The notes under the pieces: generated by a model
Told to the model about the DNA's origin: nothing
The model's database searches: none
What the model saw: the letters and a program-made list of their open reading frames with translations, nothing else
Assembly (NCBI GenBank): GCA_951406725.2
Contig: OX597815.1
Span: forward strand, 200,570,001-200,634,000
DNA: 64,000 nt
Source: Octopus vulgaris
Taxonomy: Eukaryota
Direction of reading: 5' to 3'
In this document: one piece after another, positions 39,541 through 53,962 of the stretch
How positions within the stretch are numbered: the stretch's first letter is position 1
Layout: the number at the start of each line of letters is the position of its first letter
Made by a program: the position numbers and the translations under genes

Positions 39541-39740
39541 GTTAATCCAAACAAGAAAACACAAACAAAACACAGCAACGCGAGGACGTGGAACAAATAA
39601 AGTATTATTCGACGTTCAGGAAAGAAGGGAAGAAGGAAGGTTTAACGTTTCGAGCGGAGCTCTTTGTCGGAAACATAGGAGAAGGAAAGATCCAGAGAAG
39701 GGAAGACAGAGGAAAAAAAAATCGCCAACGGTACACATGC
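39541..39740 (-). mobile_element. Family P2 copy with HHR-like motif at 39641-39673
   Basis: Minus strand ttt-CCGACAA-A-GAGC(tcc)GCTC-GAAAC-GTT-aaa; TA runs on both sides. Confidence 0.65.
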
Positions 39741-40555
39741 TCATATATATATTACATAGAATGCTGATGTAACACAGCAATTTATATATATGTATTTATA
39801 TTTACATACACGTTTTTTTTTACGTTTTCTTTCTTCTTCTATGCACGTATCCACTCTTATTTCGTTTTTTTTTTTTTTTGCTGTCTACTCTCTCGCCTTA
39901 AATTTCAATTCTACAAGTATCTCTTTCTTCCTCTCTTTTCTGTTATTATTATCGGTTCATTCATTTTCGTTTTCGGAAGATTGCAATTACTCGTATCCGC
40001 CATTATTTACTCATAGGTTCCATCCCAGTACTTATTTCTTTATTCTTCTGAGTTTTTAGCACGATGTTTCATGTCTTGTGTTGTTTCAACTACTACTTTT
40101 ATTTTTTTTTGTTTTATGGTCTTTGATTATTTACCACATTTCACAATCCCTGTTTTGCCTGTGTAGTTGCTGAAAATTTGCATAGTGGCTGTTTCTTGTG
40201 ATATGTGACTTGTGCATACAAGTATTTCGTGGTTTATGAGATTAGTTTAAGTACAATAAAAGAGTTTCTCTCTCTCTCACTCCCGTGCACTCTCACTTTC
40301 TCTTATTCCTTCTCACTTCCCCTTTCTCCCTCTTATAAAAATTTGGTGAATCCTGAAATATTTCGCTTCTTGTGAAAACCATCTCAATATAACGTACTTC
40401 CTTCTTTACAAGTTTTCTTCTGCTTCACATGCTCTATTTATTCCTGTGTTAGCTTACAGAAATTTAACAGCCCTCAAATATTTCTGCGCAAAAGTGCAAA
40501 TGTCTCGATACTTAACAATTCTGCAGTCTTCCCCAACATAATCATAGTATGACAC

Positions 40556-40603
<48 letters not shown>

Positions 40604-40832
40604 GTATGTGTGTGTGCGTGCGTGTGGGAGTATATATAGAGTGAGAGAGGCATATATACATAGACATAAACACACACACACACACACATATATAATGATA
40701 TCCGTGAGGCAGTGGATGATAGAGCTATGTTGGATTGTTCGTATGGGTTTTTTATAACACATCCTTTTGATATATATATATATATGTATGTATCAAATGA
40801 AATAAAATGAAAAACAGGACACAAAGGAGGTC

Positions 40833-40925
40833 GCGGTACACATGTTTCGAGCTTTATAAAACAACTTATTCTTACATCAATGTATAATCGACATAACAGA
40901 TAGTTTAAAAGCCCTCTTCAGCCGC
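40833..40925 (-). ncRNA. Type I hammerhead ribozyme with enlarged stem II
   Basis: gcgg-CTGAAGA-GGGCTTT(52 nt)AAAGCTC-GAAAC-atgt-GTA-ccgc. Confidence 0.8.
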
Positions 40926-41242
40926 ATGCAATTGCTACACCAAAGACTTGTATCACATTATGAAAGGTTTCTGAAAGAACATTTGGTATTATTTAGGTAA
41001 ACTGAGTATCACTGAGAAAGTACGTTTGTAAAACTTCATAATCAAATAGGTGTACAGGGTAATATTGGACTCCAAATATCCGTCCATACCGTTTTCTCAC
41101 TCAATATAGAGTGGATACTGGGTAGATTCCGGTTGGGTTCATTCTTCTTGTAAGGGAAGGAAATAAGGAGGATTGGATGTTGAGAAAAAGAGAAAAAGAG
41201 AATAAGGAGACCCTGAATTTATTGTACTTACCTCACCTACGT

Positions 41243-41380
<138 letters not shown>

Positions 41381-42466
41381 CATTATACGCACTGTTTCAA
41401 TACCGCTTCTTTATTGATAGTAAATTGGTTGAATACCTAACCATCTAAATGAACACCGGCAGGAATATAATGACGGGCATCACTCGTCTGTACGCTATCA
41501 ATGTCGGCATGCTGAACCGATTTAGTTTCGGTATTTTGTCTAAACGTTCGAGCGACTCGTCTCTCCTTAATCAGAGACCAGGAAATGAGAAAAAAATATT
41601 TATAAGCTTTTGCGTTTGTGAATATATTCGTGCATACACACATATTTCTCTGTCTCTACACTACACGCACGCATACCCATCGTTCCTATTATGTTAAACT
41701 GTCGTATGTCCAAATTCGGCGAAATACTTTTGGTTCACGTTCAGTATGTATTATCGCATGCAATTGCCTGTTCTTTTTATCAAACTATCGTATCTCCAGC
41801 TGCTTCAGATATCAAGATATGAAAAATTGTCAAAGTGTAGTACAACGGTTTTGTCATGGAAGGGTGACACTATTTTTTTTATTTTCTTTATTTTCAGTTT
41901 GTGTGTATAAATGCAGATACATTCACACATACACACATACACGCACAAACTGATACACATATACAGATAGACAGACATATAGATAGGGAGATGGGGGGGA
42001 GGAAGCACGGTGGAAACTGGGCCAGGAATCATTCAAAAGATAAACATTGAAATATAATAAATGGAAAGTGGAGAGTGTATAGTAGTTATACAAACTAAAG
42101 ACGAGACAGGGATTTAATTAGACAAAATGCCAGCAACAAAAAATGACGATATAATATTTTTCCCTCGTGAATCCGCGAAAAGAATATTTAACCATGTCAG
42201 ACTTACAGGTGGAAGAGAGGAGGTGAAAGCCGCGATGCAGCCGCTTTCGTTACACTAAAGTTATAAGAGTTAGTCAAAGCTTAAAACTTGGTGGAAGTGG
42301 GGCGTAAGTCGAGTAAGTTGACTGTAACATTGGAGTCGGGGGTCAATAAATTTACCTGTCACAGAAACAAATTTAAAGCCGTTTGTGTTTGATCTGCGAA
42401 TGTACAGAGCCACTACTAAATATTGCAAACCATTTTATCCGATGCATTAACGCTCTAAGTAGACTT

Positions 42467-42699
42467 ATTTCTTTACTGCCCACAAGGGGCTACACACAGA
42501 AGAGACAAACAAGGAAAGACAAATGGATTAAGTCGATTATATCAACCCTAGTGCGTAACTGGTACTTATTTAATCGACCCCGAAAGGATGAAAGGCAAAG
42601 TCGACCTTGGCGGAATATGAACTCAGAACGTAGCGGCAGCCGAAATACCGCTAAGCATTTCGCCCGGTGTGCTAACGTTTCTGCCAGCTCGCCGCCTTC
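42467..42699 (-). mobile_element. SINE S3 copy (a more decayed relative follows at ~42740-42930)
   Basis: Head GGCGGCGAGCTGGCAGAAACGTTAGC; flanking direct repeat TCTAAGTA at 42454 and 42698. Confidence 0.88.
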
Positions 42700-43033
42700 T
42701 AAGTATTCTATCATCCTTCTGAGCAATTTTGATTTATCAAAGTTCGGCACAAAGCGGTCAGTTTTAAGGGAGGGGTAAACCGATTGCATTGATGTCAGTA
42801 CTCAGTTGCTATTCACTTTATAGACTACGAAAGGAGGAAATACAGAGTCGACCTCGTCGTGATTTTAAACTCAGAACATAAATACATACGCAATCGTGAC
42901 TGGCATGACAACGCTTATGTCAGCTCTGAGCCCTTCTGTATAGTCCAATAAGTTTTTCGTTGTTATAATTGTGATATTTGGGAATTTATACAGATTGATA
43001 AACTTTGAAAAGTTGCTTTATTTCTAATATAAT

Positions 43034-43708
43034 TTACTTTACAGATGTAAGGTATACTAGCCATCTCAATATGGCTAACCACTAAGGGTGGGTGTTACTG
43101 TAGCTTGTAGCCCCAGGAGATCATCGTCTCCAGCTGGCTTTAGGTACACTTTCTATGCCCTTTGCAAACACCATAAGGGAACAGAAAGTGTGCCTAAAGC
43201 CAGCTGGAAACGATGATCTCCTGGGGCTACAAGCTACAGTAACACCCACCCTTAGTGGTTAGCCATATTGAGATGGCTAGTATACCTTACATTGTCGTGC
43301 AGTTACTGTTTACTTCTCGTTCAGAGATTTATCATTGCTTGCAGACAGTTTTTCGAGATCAGTGACGAAAAGTTACTGGAAAAACAATAAATAAGTATTT
43401 GCAAACGGTCTTCCTTCATCGAAAACCGGTGACTGCCGTACGCTTAAGACAAGCAAATACCTAGAAACTGCAGTCCGTGCGTGTCACCTAGGTTGACGAG
43501 GGAGGGATGATCTCCCTTTGCAAATACCATAAGGGCACAGAAAGTGTGCCTAAAGCCAGCTGGAAACGATGATCTCCTGGGGCTAAAAAGCTACAGTAAC
43601 ACCCACCCTTAGTGGTTAGCCATATTGAGATGGCTGAGTATACTTTACATTGTCGTGCAGTTACTGTTTACATCTCGTTCAGAGATTTATTATTGCTTAC
43701 TTTACAGA
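43034..43708 (+). mobile_element. Family A insertion: inverted fragment plus ~1.5 head-to-tail monomers with 12-bp TSD
   Basis: TTACTTTACAGA at 43034-43045 and 43697-43708; arms 43045-43161 and 43175-43292; direct repeat period 356-358 bp; HHR remnant gtacg-CTTAAGA..GAAAC-TGCA-GTC-cgtgc at 43438-43480. Confidence 0.92.
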
Positions 43709-44064
43709 ATTTCACTGCAATTATCGGTTCGACAGGGAGATTTTTAGTAAATATTAATAATTTCCTGACCACAGTGTAAATTAAATGAAACAGAGTAACA
43801 TATAAAATACTTCAGAATGTTGCCGCAACTTTCTATTTCTATAATTTCTGACACGAGAATTACTTCAAATTTACTCTGATCAATAATTGTGGTAATATTT
43901 TCGAATATCAAGGATTAAAACAAAATAATGGGAACAAAATATCTGCTGAGATTGATACGTAATCCATATCTCATTAACATTACTCTGCTTTGTGGAAAAA
44001 TAAATGTTATCTTAACACCATGCATTTTCGTCATATATATATACATATATATATATACACATAG

Positions 44065-44145
<81 letters not shown>

Positions 44146-45052
44146 CATATATATATGTATATATATATATCCTTCCCACTGGTGATACACCTGACCCATT
44201 ATTCATATTATCTGGTAAATATCCCTCTTTACATTGCTAAATGAGGGAATGAATTCATTGCAGTTCTTAATCCAATTCATTTGCTGCTCAACTCATTTGT
44301 TATCTTCCTTAAACATATATGCTCTCATATAATGGCTTTTTTGTCACCATTACACTATAACTTTCACCCGCAGAAATCCTTCTATAGTTCTTCATTATCT
44401 TTAAATCATACGCTCTTGTCATTCATACACTTTATATATTATTACAGTTTTCTATGTGTAACCACATCTTCCCTTACATCGAATTGAAGGATTTCAATAA
44501 GACGTAATTCTCTCCTGAAATAACATAACAAGTATAATGAAAAGCCCTATTCGTATTCATCTTAATGCAATTAATACAAAAATTAAACTGAATTCTACTT
44601 CATAAGAATCACGCAATCCCGACAAAAGTGTCTCAAAAGCTCATTTATTATCGTCAAAAAGACAAGGCATATTACTAAGCAAAGACTGAATCATAAACTC
44701 TACGTTTAATATTTAGGAGATTACATAACTGAGACATTTTATGTAACAAGGGAAATAGTAAGGACGACATCTCACAAGCGTTTCTACTCATAAATATTAA
44801 ATTAGTCGCTCATTTCCAGTTTGTAGCTGCATGGTGTAGGACGGTTTTGGGCCAGATACACAGTGCAATGCAAGAAAAATGTGCATATCAAACATTTGGA
44901 GAGACGATCGACAGCCACCTTAACAGTCATACGCAAGGACCATAAACGTGATTCTCAAGACATGATAATAGGGAAAAAATAGTATACATATTAATCCGGG
45001 ATATACATTTCATGTATGAAATACGGAGTTGCAATCTCGTAAGTATTTCTAA

Positions 45053-45277
45053 AAATCAGTATACAGGGACCTTTCCAGCCGCTATCAATTTGTGCCGGTT
45101 GCACTCGTGACGCGAGGGGATTTAGTACCTTGTATAACTGACTTCTTCCGCAAAATAGGGATAGCAGTGGCCTGTCGGAGAAATGAGTCCTGCGAAGTGG
45201 AGCGGCTGCCGCAGCGAGTATCGATGACCATTCTCCGTGGCAACTCTATCGCGGTCATTACCGCGAGGAGCAGATAA
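45053..45277 (+). pseudogene. CRE-clade LINE C-terminal fragment (REL endonuclease end)
   Basis: YRDLSSRYQFVPVALVTRG..FFRKIG..LPQRVSMTILRGNSIAV fits the CRE FVPVAVETLG..LFQRLS.AIQRGNA pattern. Confidence 0.8.
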
Positions 45278-46057
45278 ATACCCCTCTGGCATATATGACT
45301 GCTTACACCCATATCTCTGTCTTCCGCATTTTCCCCCTTCCTTTTCGCTATTTTTTCCCCTTTTGTTTTCAACGTTTTAGAGTGTGTACTGGTTTAATAC
45401 AACTTCATAACTTTTTGAACAAATGCTTCTTAGAAAACTATACAGAAATGAAGGGCTTTCGCAGAAACATTGGGTGTGGAGTATCATTTAAAGTAAGTAA
45501 TAGTTTAGTAATATGTCATAAGAAGAAACTGACGGGTGGGTTGTCGGATAAACATATAAATTCTTATATACTCTGTGTATATGTCAGTGTGTAACTGTAT
45601 GTGCGGGTGCTGTGTTTGTGTGAGTGAGTTTGTATGTGTGTATGTGCGTGTGTGTGTATTGAGTGTGTGAGTTTGTGAATACAGACAGATTTACAGGGGA
45701 AAATATCGCCATGGATATCAGTGACTTTATCGTAAGTATAAATAATGAACGTAGAATTATATTCTCTCCATAGAAAGGTGTATGTATATAGAAAGCCATC
45801 TAGGTATGGGTGTATGGGTGTATGTAAGTCTGTAATTGAATGTATATGTTTATGTGTGAAAGTATGTAGGTAGGTAGGTTGGTTGATAAGTAGGTGGGTA
45901 GATGTCTATGAAGGTATGTTTGTATTTAGTAGGTATATAAATACATATATTTGTAAATAGTTATCTATGTATATATACATATGTTTATGTATATATATAT
46001 GTGTGTATGTATATATATGTGTATATATACACACATATATATGTATATATATATGTA

Positions 46058-46112
<55 letters not shown>

Positions 46113-46480
46113 GATCAAGTGATTATTTTTCTAGTGTTGCTCATACAGAGATTGTATTGTTTTTAAAATGGATACCACATTGTTTTACAAATGATGTTAC
46201 CTGTGGAACTACAAAAATGTGCTCTAACAATTATCAATGTATATACAAAACCACAAGAATATGCGTATGTAGGTATAGCTTTATATGTGATTGTTGGAGT
46301 GTTATATTCATTTGTGTATATACATATATGTATGAGTGTGTACGTGTGTGTTTGTGTGATCATGAATTTGTATGCACGTATATCTATATATATATATGTA
46401 TATCAATACGTTTGTATAATTATCAGTTTACCTATAGTTGTATGCGAAAGACATATATGTATATACACAGATGTGTACGT

Positions 46481-46532
<52 letters not shown>

Positions 46533-46951
46533 ATGTATGTGTGTAGGCATATATATATATGTATGTATATATATATAAATATATATACATACATATATAT
46601 ATATAAACGTCTGTTATATAAAAATATTGAATCAAAAGAATTGACGCGTATAATTATATTGCGTATGATGTTTTACCTCTGAGCTATTAGAATAACCATT
46701 GTATGCACGATAAAGTCTGCGAAAATAAACAATAATTGGTTGGAGAAAGACAGGGAAAAAATACAGAATTCAAAGAAACAATGTAGGAAAAACAAGTAAG
46801 CTGGGAATTTAAATGAAGGAATATATACATGTACGTATATACGATTATACATATATACATACACAGAGACACCGACATACACACACTCACCCCGCCACAT
46901 ATATATATATAGATAGATATCGATATAGACTCACACACACATATATGTATG

Positions 46952-47010
<59 letters not shown>

Positions 47011-47044
47011 ATTTACATATATGCATATGTATGATTATCTATGT

Positions 47045-47092
<48 letters not shown>

Positions 47093-47196
47093 TTATATAC
47101 ATATATATTTTCATATATATTTATATATACATAAACATACATATATATATATATATGCATATGGATATATATACATATACACATACATATACATAT

Positions 47197-47240
<44 letters not shown>

Positions 47241-47896
47241 GCACAAATACACACATAGACACACATACACACATACACACATACACAACAGACAGAAATT
47301 ATAGATAAAATAAACAAATTAATGCAATAAATTTCAAATGTACAAAATTATGAAAATATTATTGAATAACTGAAAAACAGTGAAAAGCAAAGCAAAAAAA
47401 AGAAAGAAGAAAAATTAGAAAAATCAACAAAAGAAATAGTTTGGAAAACAGCGAAAAATAGGTTTGAAATAATATCGTTAGAGAAATTGTGTGTTTTATG
47501 TGATTGTGAGTGACTGTGTGAATGTGGGTGTACCCTGCTGCGTTCATCTCTGTATATGTCTATGCCTCATTGTATGTTTCGTGGTTTATGTACGCTAATG
47601 TGTCCATATTGGGATAAGACAGTTTTTGAATACAAATTTTAGTAAATGACTAACGATCTTAATAGCATGATGTATGTGTCTACATATGAATTCGTATTGC
47701 TGTCTATACATCTCCTTTCTCAACCTCTCAACGTATGCATATTTATATATGCGTTTATTGTATGCGTGTATATGTATATGTATATATATATATATATTAT
47801 ATATATATATATATATATGTTCGTATGAGTGCGTGTATATATATGTATATGTATATATATATATACATATGTGTGTGTGTGTATGCAGACACACAT

Positions 47897-48330
47897 ATGC
47901 ATAAATTATTCATACTCTTCATAATTTTATTTTAGTGATGAAATGAATGCATTTTGTCAAGTTTATTTATGACTTATATGTGAACAACAAGTGAAGGAAT
48001 ATCAACAATACACAATTCAAAAACTTCTTCATTTCAAAAAATGTCATCTTCAAATTTATTCATACCTAGGTTTACCCAGCTCGAGGTTTTTGCCAGGAAA
48101 GTGTGGGCCTACAGCCCACAGGAAGATTGTGTAGGAAGATTGATGCAGGAAGATTGTGGGCAAGAGTCGTCTACAAGTAGTCATTGAAAATAAAGGCTAA
48201 TGCTATTGACAATTAAGCGAAGGTATGGGAATCAGTAATCCTAAGGTATGAAGAATTAAGTTAAACTTGAAAAAGTTTTCTTTTAAATCAGCAAAATCTA
48301 CAAAGGCATGAATAATTTTGAGGACGACTG
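47897..48330 (+). mobile_element. Internally deleted Tc1-like element
   Basis: Right end reads CAGTCGTCCTCAAAATTATTCATGCC on the minus strand next to TA; left end retains AAATTATTCATAC; peptide KSRLQVVIENKG typical of the Tc1 C-terminus. Confidence 0.75.
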
Positions 48331-49149
48331 TATACATATACCCAGACGCATTCACACATACACACACAAACACACACACACATACATATAATATTTACAG
48401 TATATAAACTATTACTTTCAAGCAGATGCTGAATCCTTGCTGGCGCAACGCCTTTCCGTGTACTTTGTTTCCTCTGCGTGATGCTTTTGAATTTGCGAGT
48501 TGGATGAAATTGGTCCTGTCTTGATGTGGATTCATCTGGTTTCTCACAGGACTTTTCCAGACGCTTTTTGAAGTCCTCTACACTTACACCTGGTAGATCT
48601 CTTTGGTCGTTTGGCAGATTGAACAGTTGTGAACCCTTCTAAGATCTTACAGACGAGATCTTTGGCACTATGCATTACCGTCTAGTTCGGTGGTTACTAT
48701 GGCTTTTAATTTCAAATTTTAGAGCTAGACGCTCAGAAATTTCTATATGTATATCACGACTTCTCTGTATTCGCGGTTTCTGTCTGGTGAATGGAGCTTC
48801 AGTAACTTTAGCCTCTCCCAGTAGCTCACCTGTTTCACAGACTCAATCTTCTTTGTGTAGTGTCACTGTATTGCTGCTACTTCTCTCAACGGTTTATGGC
48901 TCTGTAATGACCACATTTTGGGTCAGTAACCCAACCGACAAAAGTTCTCCTTAGTAGGAGCATGGTATACTTTTCCCAGGTAGTGAATGATCTCAGAATC
49001 CATCCAGGTACTCGCCTGCATACTGCACGGTGTACAGTGTTGCCATCTTCGTAATATACACATATAATGTTGCATCATTACTCATTTGGATTCCCTGGTC
49101 ACACACCAACACAGAATCGAAAATTGCGCTAACGTCTAGTCCTCTGTAT

Positions 49150-50280
49150 TCCGATTGTAGTTTGTGAGCCTATAGTGGAGTTCTTGAAGATTCTCATCAC
49201 TGAACTGCACGTTACCTTCATTAGCCCATGCAATTGTTGCATTCGAGTTGTTTAACAGTTTTAGTATGACATCATCTGTTTCACTGCCTGCGCTACTCTT
49301 GTATCATTAGCGTGACTGAAGAAGTGACTGACTGTATCGTAAGAGCATGTTTATGAGATCCACCGAAAAGAGCAGTTGGCTATTTAAATTTAGTTGTGGG
49401 ACTTTGCAGCGAATTGATGTCCCGAGAGAAAGTACCATTGGTTGCAACCGTCTGACTTCTGCCTTTTAAAATGTCATGCAGCCATTCTCCAAGTTCTCCA
49501 GCCTTACCAAGATCCCGTAGTTTGTGACCTATCTTCCCATGATTAACTTTGTAAAAGAAGTTGAAACGTTGATATTTTGGGGGTTGAATTGCTGTTCCAG
49601 TACCAAGTTGCAATGCAGTACTGCGTAAGGCATCTTCTCGCTTGGCGGAAGCCATGTTGAGTGTTTGTGAGCGAGTTATGTTCCTCCAGGAGAGACATTA
49701 GCCTCCTTTGGATAAAGTTTTCCATTACTTTACAAATATGTAAAGTCAGAAATATAAGCATGTAATTTTTAGTATCTACTCTACCCCCTCCTCAATGGAC
49801 AGTGAACATTATATCTTCTTTTAACAACCTGAGAAATTGACCACATACAAGAAAACTCAAAAATGTATCTGCAGTGATTTCTTGTGAGAGATTTCTTGCA
49901 TGTCTTTTATAGAACAGCCAGGAATCTACTAAGTTCGAGTTCATCTCACCACTGCTCGTTTTTATATCTTCTTCGATTATGTTATGTAATCCATGTTTGT
50001 CCCTTTCCCTTGAAGGTCCGTGGTATTGAAAAACTCATCAAGTTTGCTTGTGTGCATCTTTCCCAAAGGAGAGATGACGAGAATTCAGAATTGATTATTT
50101 AGGATTTTGCTTACCATACACGACATCTGTAGTTTGCGTGCCGTCTTCTTCAGAATGGCTCTATCTTGTAGTGCACCAATCAGCGGAACAATACAGTATT
50201 ATTTTAATTTTCAGGCCAAAATCAACTGGTTTCTTACTGCTTTCTTAGACTCCTTCCATATATTTTATCTTTCTTCAGTG
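49150..50280 (-). pseudogene. Decayed CR1/L2-group LINE RT region
   Basis: ICKVMENFI..LTNTQHGFRQARRCLTQ; KVNHGKIGHKL..GELGEWLHDILKGRSQTV; boundaries approximate. Confidence 0.8.
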
Positions 50281-50472
50281 TATTCGATTGCGGTATGCTG
50301 GAACACCATTTGAAGGGTTCAGTGGAACAAAACGACGCCAGTACTTATAGTGTAGAACGAAACATTACACTGACGGAAACAAATCCACAGAAGCTGTCAA
50401 TTGGTAGTAGAACATAAAAACACATATAAAGACACACAGACACACAGATACAAACACATACACAAACACACA

Positions 50473-50508
<36 letters not shown>

Positions 50509-50873
50509 TACTCGCACACATATATACGCAAAACTATAAATTTTATTAAAAGTAATATTACTATCCAGCAAGTATATAGAACAATAACAGGTAGTATTAT
50601 AAATAAATACACACACACACATATGAGTGTGTGTGAATATATATATATATATATATATATATTAATAAATATTTGTATTTATATGTAGAGATGTACACAC
50701 GTGAGTGTGCGATTGTACTCGTAGAAATAATAAATAACTAAATAAGATCTTAATACATGACAGACTTTTTTATATAACGTAAATTGAATTAAATTAACTT
50801 AATTCGAAATAGGTGTCTAGAGTACACCTAAAAAGACGAAATAGCATATGAACTTATTACCGATCAGTAGTTC

Positions 50874-51000
50874 CCAATAGCATTAAGAACGCGTGATCTA
50901 ATTTCAGTGCTATTTTTTGAAGCCAAAAGCGTCAAGAACACGTGACCTAATTTCAGTGGTTTTTATTTTTTTTGTTTTTGTTTTTAAAGCCAATAGCGTG
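50874..51000. repeat. Imperfect tandem repeat, ~50-bp unit, about 2.2 copies
   Basis: CCAAWAGCRTYAAGAACRCGTGAYCTAATTTCAGTG repeated. Confidence 0.75.
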
Positions 51001-51354
51001 CATACGTTGTTTATTGACTGAAGAATGTATTTTTTCTACGGCTACTCTTTTACTCTTATTTTCTGATTTTGTCATCAGTATTTTAGTAACTCTTGGTGAG
51101 TTTATTCACTCCGTAATATCAAAAAATACACGATGTTGACATTCGTAATCAACGCTAAATTAAAATAAAACTACTCTTAGATAAATATTGTTTCCCCAGT
51201 CCATAATCATTTCATTGAACGAATTAAATAAAGTTGCATTCAATAAGATTATCTGGTATACATCTTCTTGTTAAAAGCGTATAGCAAATCCGACTGTTAT
51301 ATTGTGGACACCTCTATAATTGTGGGCGATGGGTGTATATCAAATTATATTTAA

Positions 51355-51754
51355 CTAGCAGTATCGCCCGGCGTTGCTCGGGTTTGTAAGGGAAATAACT
51401 ATATAAGCATTTTTAGAGATGTAATGTATAATAGCCATCTCAATATGGCTAACCACAAAGGGGGGGGGGTGTTACTGTAGCTTTTTACGTTCTGAGATTT
51501 AATAATAAATTTTTAGAGAGTTACTTCCCTTATATATGCCAAAAATGCATTAAAAACGGGAAAAATTGATGGTAAATTTTTTTTTTAAATCGTAGACTCA
51601 TCGTAGACGCGCGCTAATACCCAGAAGCGCTCGATATGAATCACGACTATAAGATACCCGGTTTTGGTTAAACTGGACAGCAAAATGTGGGGGTAGTTAG
51701 GAATCTAAATCGTAGGAGACAGACAGCACACAACCTCACTTTTATATATAAAGA
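51355..51754 (-). mobile_element. Non-autonomous Helitron, copy 4, complete termini, carrying a family A fragment
   Basis: A|TC...hairpin-CTAG|T; 51433-51483 matches 43059-43105. Confidence 0.92.
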
Positions 51755-52468
51755 TTTGTGATTTCTATGCGAATACTTTGGAAAGTATGGCGGAATTGGA
51801 CCGAATAAATTCTTTAGTTCCTTCTATATTTGCTGGAACGTTTACAGTAATTATAGATTACTTTCTGACAAATTCTTTTAGGAGTTTTCCACACTATATT
51901 TATAAACAGCATTTTAATATGCCTATCATGTAACAGTTTTATCCGAAATTACGTCCTGCCTCATGTAAAAACGTCTATTCTGCTATATAATGCCAAAGAT
52001 GTTCACCAAATTCAATAATCACCGGCTTTGCAGAGGTGGAGAGAGCACTGCTACATGTCAACTGCGCAATCATTACTGTATATCCTTCGTGCAATCGACA
52101 ATATAGAACATAAGATAAGAACTAAAGCCGTGTAAACGATTGTGTTATAACCACTAATATCAATAGTGATTTCCTAAAGTTAGAATTCAATAAAAATGAA
52201 TACTATCTTCATCAAATAACGTAATACTTGCATTAATTAAATAATTATTTGCACTATGAAACCTTTTCCCTTGTCAATGCCATTCTTATTTATTTTTGTT
52301 TGCCAGTGATCGGCAAAAACTGAATCTAGAGACTACAACACAAAACTTAAAAAGGGATATTTCCGTTTGTATCTTGTGTAAGAGAATTATGATGCAAAAC
52401 AGTTATGAAAATTATCTATCTATCTATGTATCTATCTATCTATCTATCGATCGATCTCTCTCTTTCTT

Positions 52469-52502
<34 letters not shown>

Positions 52503-52529
52503 TGTATATATGTGTACGTATGTATATAG

Positions 52530-52569
<40 letters not shown>

Positions 52570-52578
52570 ACATATAAG

Positions 52579-52611
<33 letters not shown>

Positions 52612-53168
52612 ACGTAAAATATATACATATATACATGCACATAGATATACACAGGCGTGCGCACGCACGCGATCACACGCACACATACACACACATACAC
52701 CACTTTATTTAATTTTGCTAAAGGCCAATTTTCCTGTGATAAACAACACCAGGTACTTCGCACTTTCCATTGCTCTCTTTTGCGTATGAGTTTTCACATA
52801 GTCTTTTTAAATCAGTTTTTTCCCTTTAGAGATACCAACACTCGGGTTATTCTGTGAACATTGTGGTACATTTTAAAAGATTCTATATTCATGAATATAT
52901 ATAAATAGCACGACTTCCCTGCCATGCAGTGTTAAAGAGAGATTAAACTTCACATCATGTACTATTTTTATATATGTTCAGTTAAATATGACAAACTCTA
53001 TATCTTTAAGGGTCTAATGGAATAATTATAGTCGTTTTCTCGTATTAGAAAATTACAATTATTTCATGTGAATAACCTAGTCTATACATTTAGTTCTGCA
53101 CACCAGAAGCAAAATATACATATATGTATGCATTGTTGTATGTATGCATGTATGTATTTATGCGTGTG

Positions 53169-53230
<62 letters not shown>

Positions 53231-53396
53231 TATGATGATGACATGAGACGCGAAGCAAATGTAATAACTTCGTAAAATCCAATGATCATATCCTATATAT
53301 ATAATTATATTTCTGTGTAGTATGCTCGGAGCATAGTGTACGTGACCAGCGATACTACAGGCCACTGTCAAACTCAGGTATAAATGCTATTTCACC

Positions 53397-53427
<31 letters not shown>

Positions 53428-53706
53428 TCACGTCACGTAGATACACACGCACACACAAAGAGAACGCACGAACAAATGCACAAGTAGAAATATGTATCTG
53501 CACTCACGAACAAATATCGATGTCTACATATATGTCTATGTAGATTTATGGGTATATTTGCGTGTGTATGTGTGTGTATATATATGTGTGTGTGTGTGCA
53601 TGCGTTTGTATTTATGTATATAAGTATATATGAATACGTATGTGCTTTTGTGTGTAGAAGTAAACACATGTACATATACATACATATATATATATACACA
53701 TATATA

Positions 53707-53764
<58 letters not shown>

Positions 53765-53769
53765 TATAT

Positions 53770-53896
53770 AGGGAAAATTCACAAAATAACAAAAGACGAA
53801 GATAGGTGGTGTAGACAACAAACAGATGTATTAGTACAACGCTCGGGAAGCGAGAAAGTTAAAGTTTCGAGCCTACGATCTCCCACAGAAAGGAAC
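53770..53896 (-). mobile_element. Family P1 copy, partial
   Basis: Homologous to 3335-3520; flanked by (TA)n. Confidence 0.65.
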
Positions 53897-53912
53897 ATCT
53901 TTTAAGTTAGTG

Positions 53913-53959
<47 letters not shown>

Positions 53960-53962
<3 letters not shown>

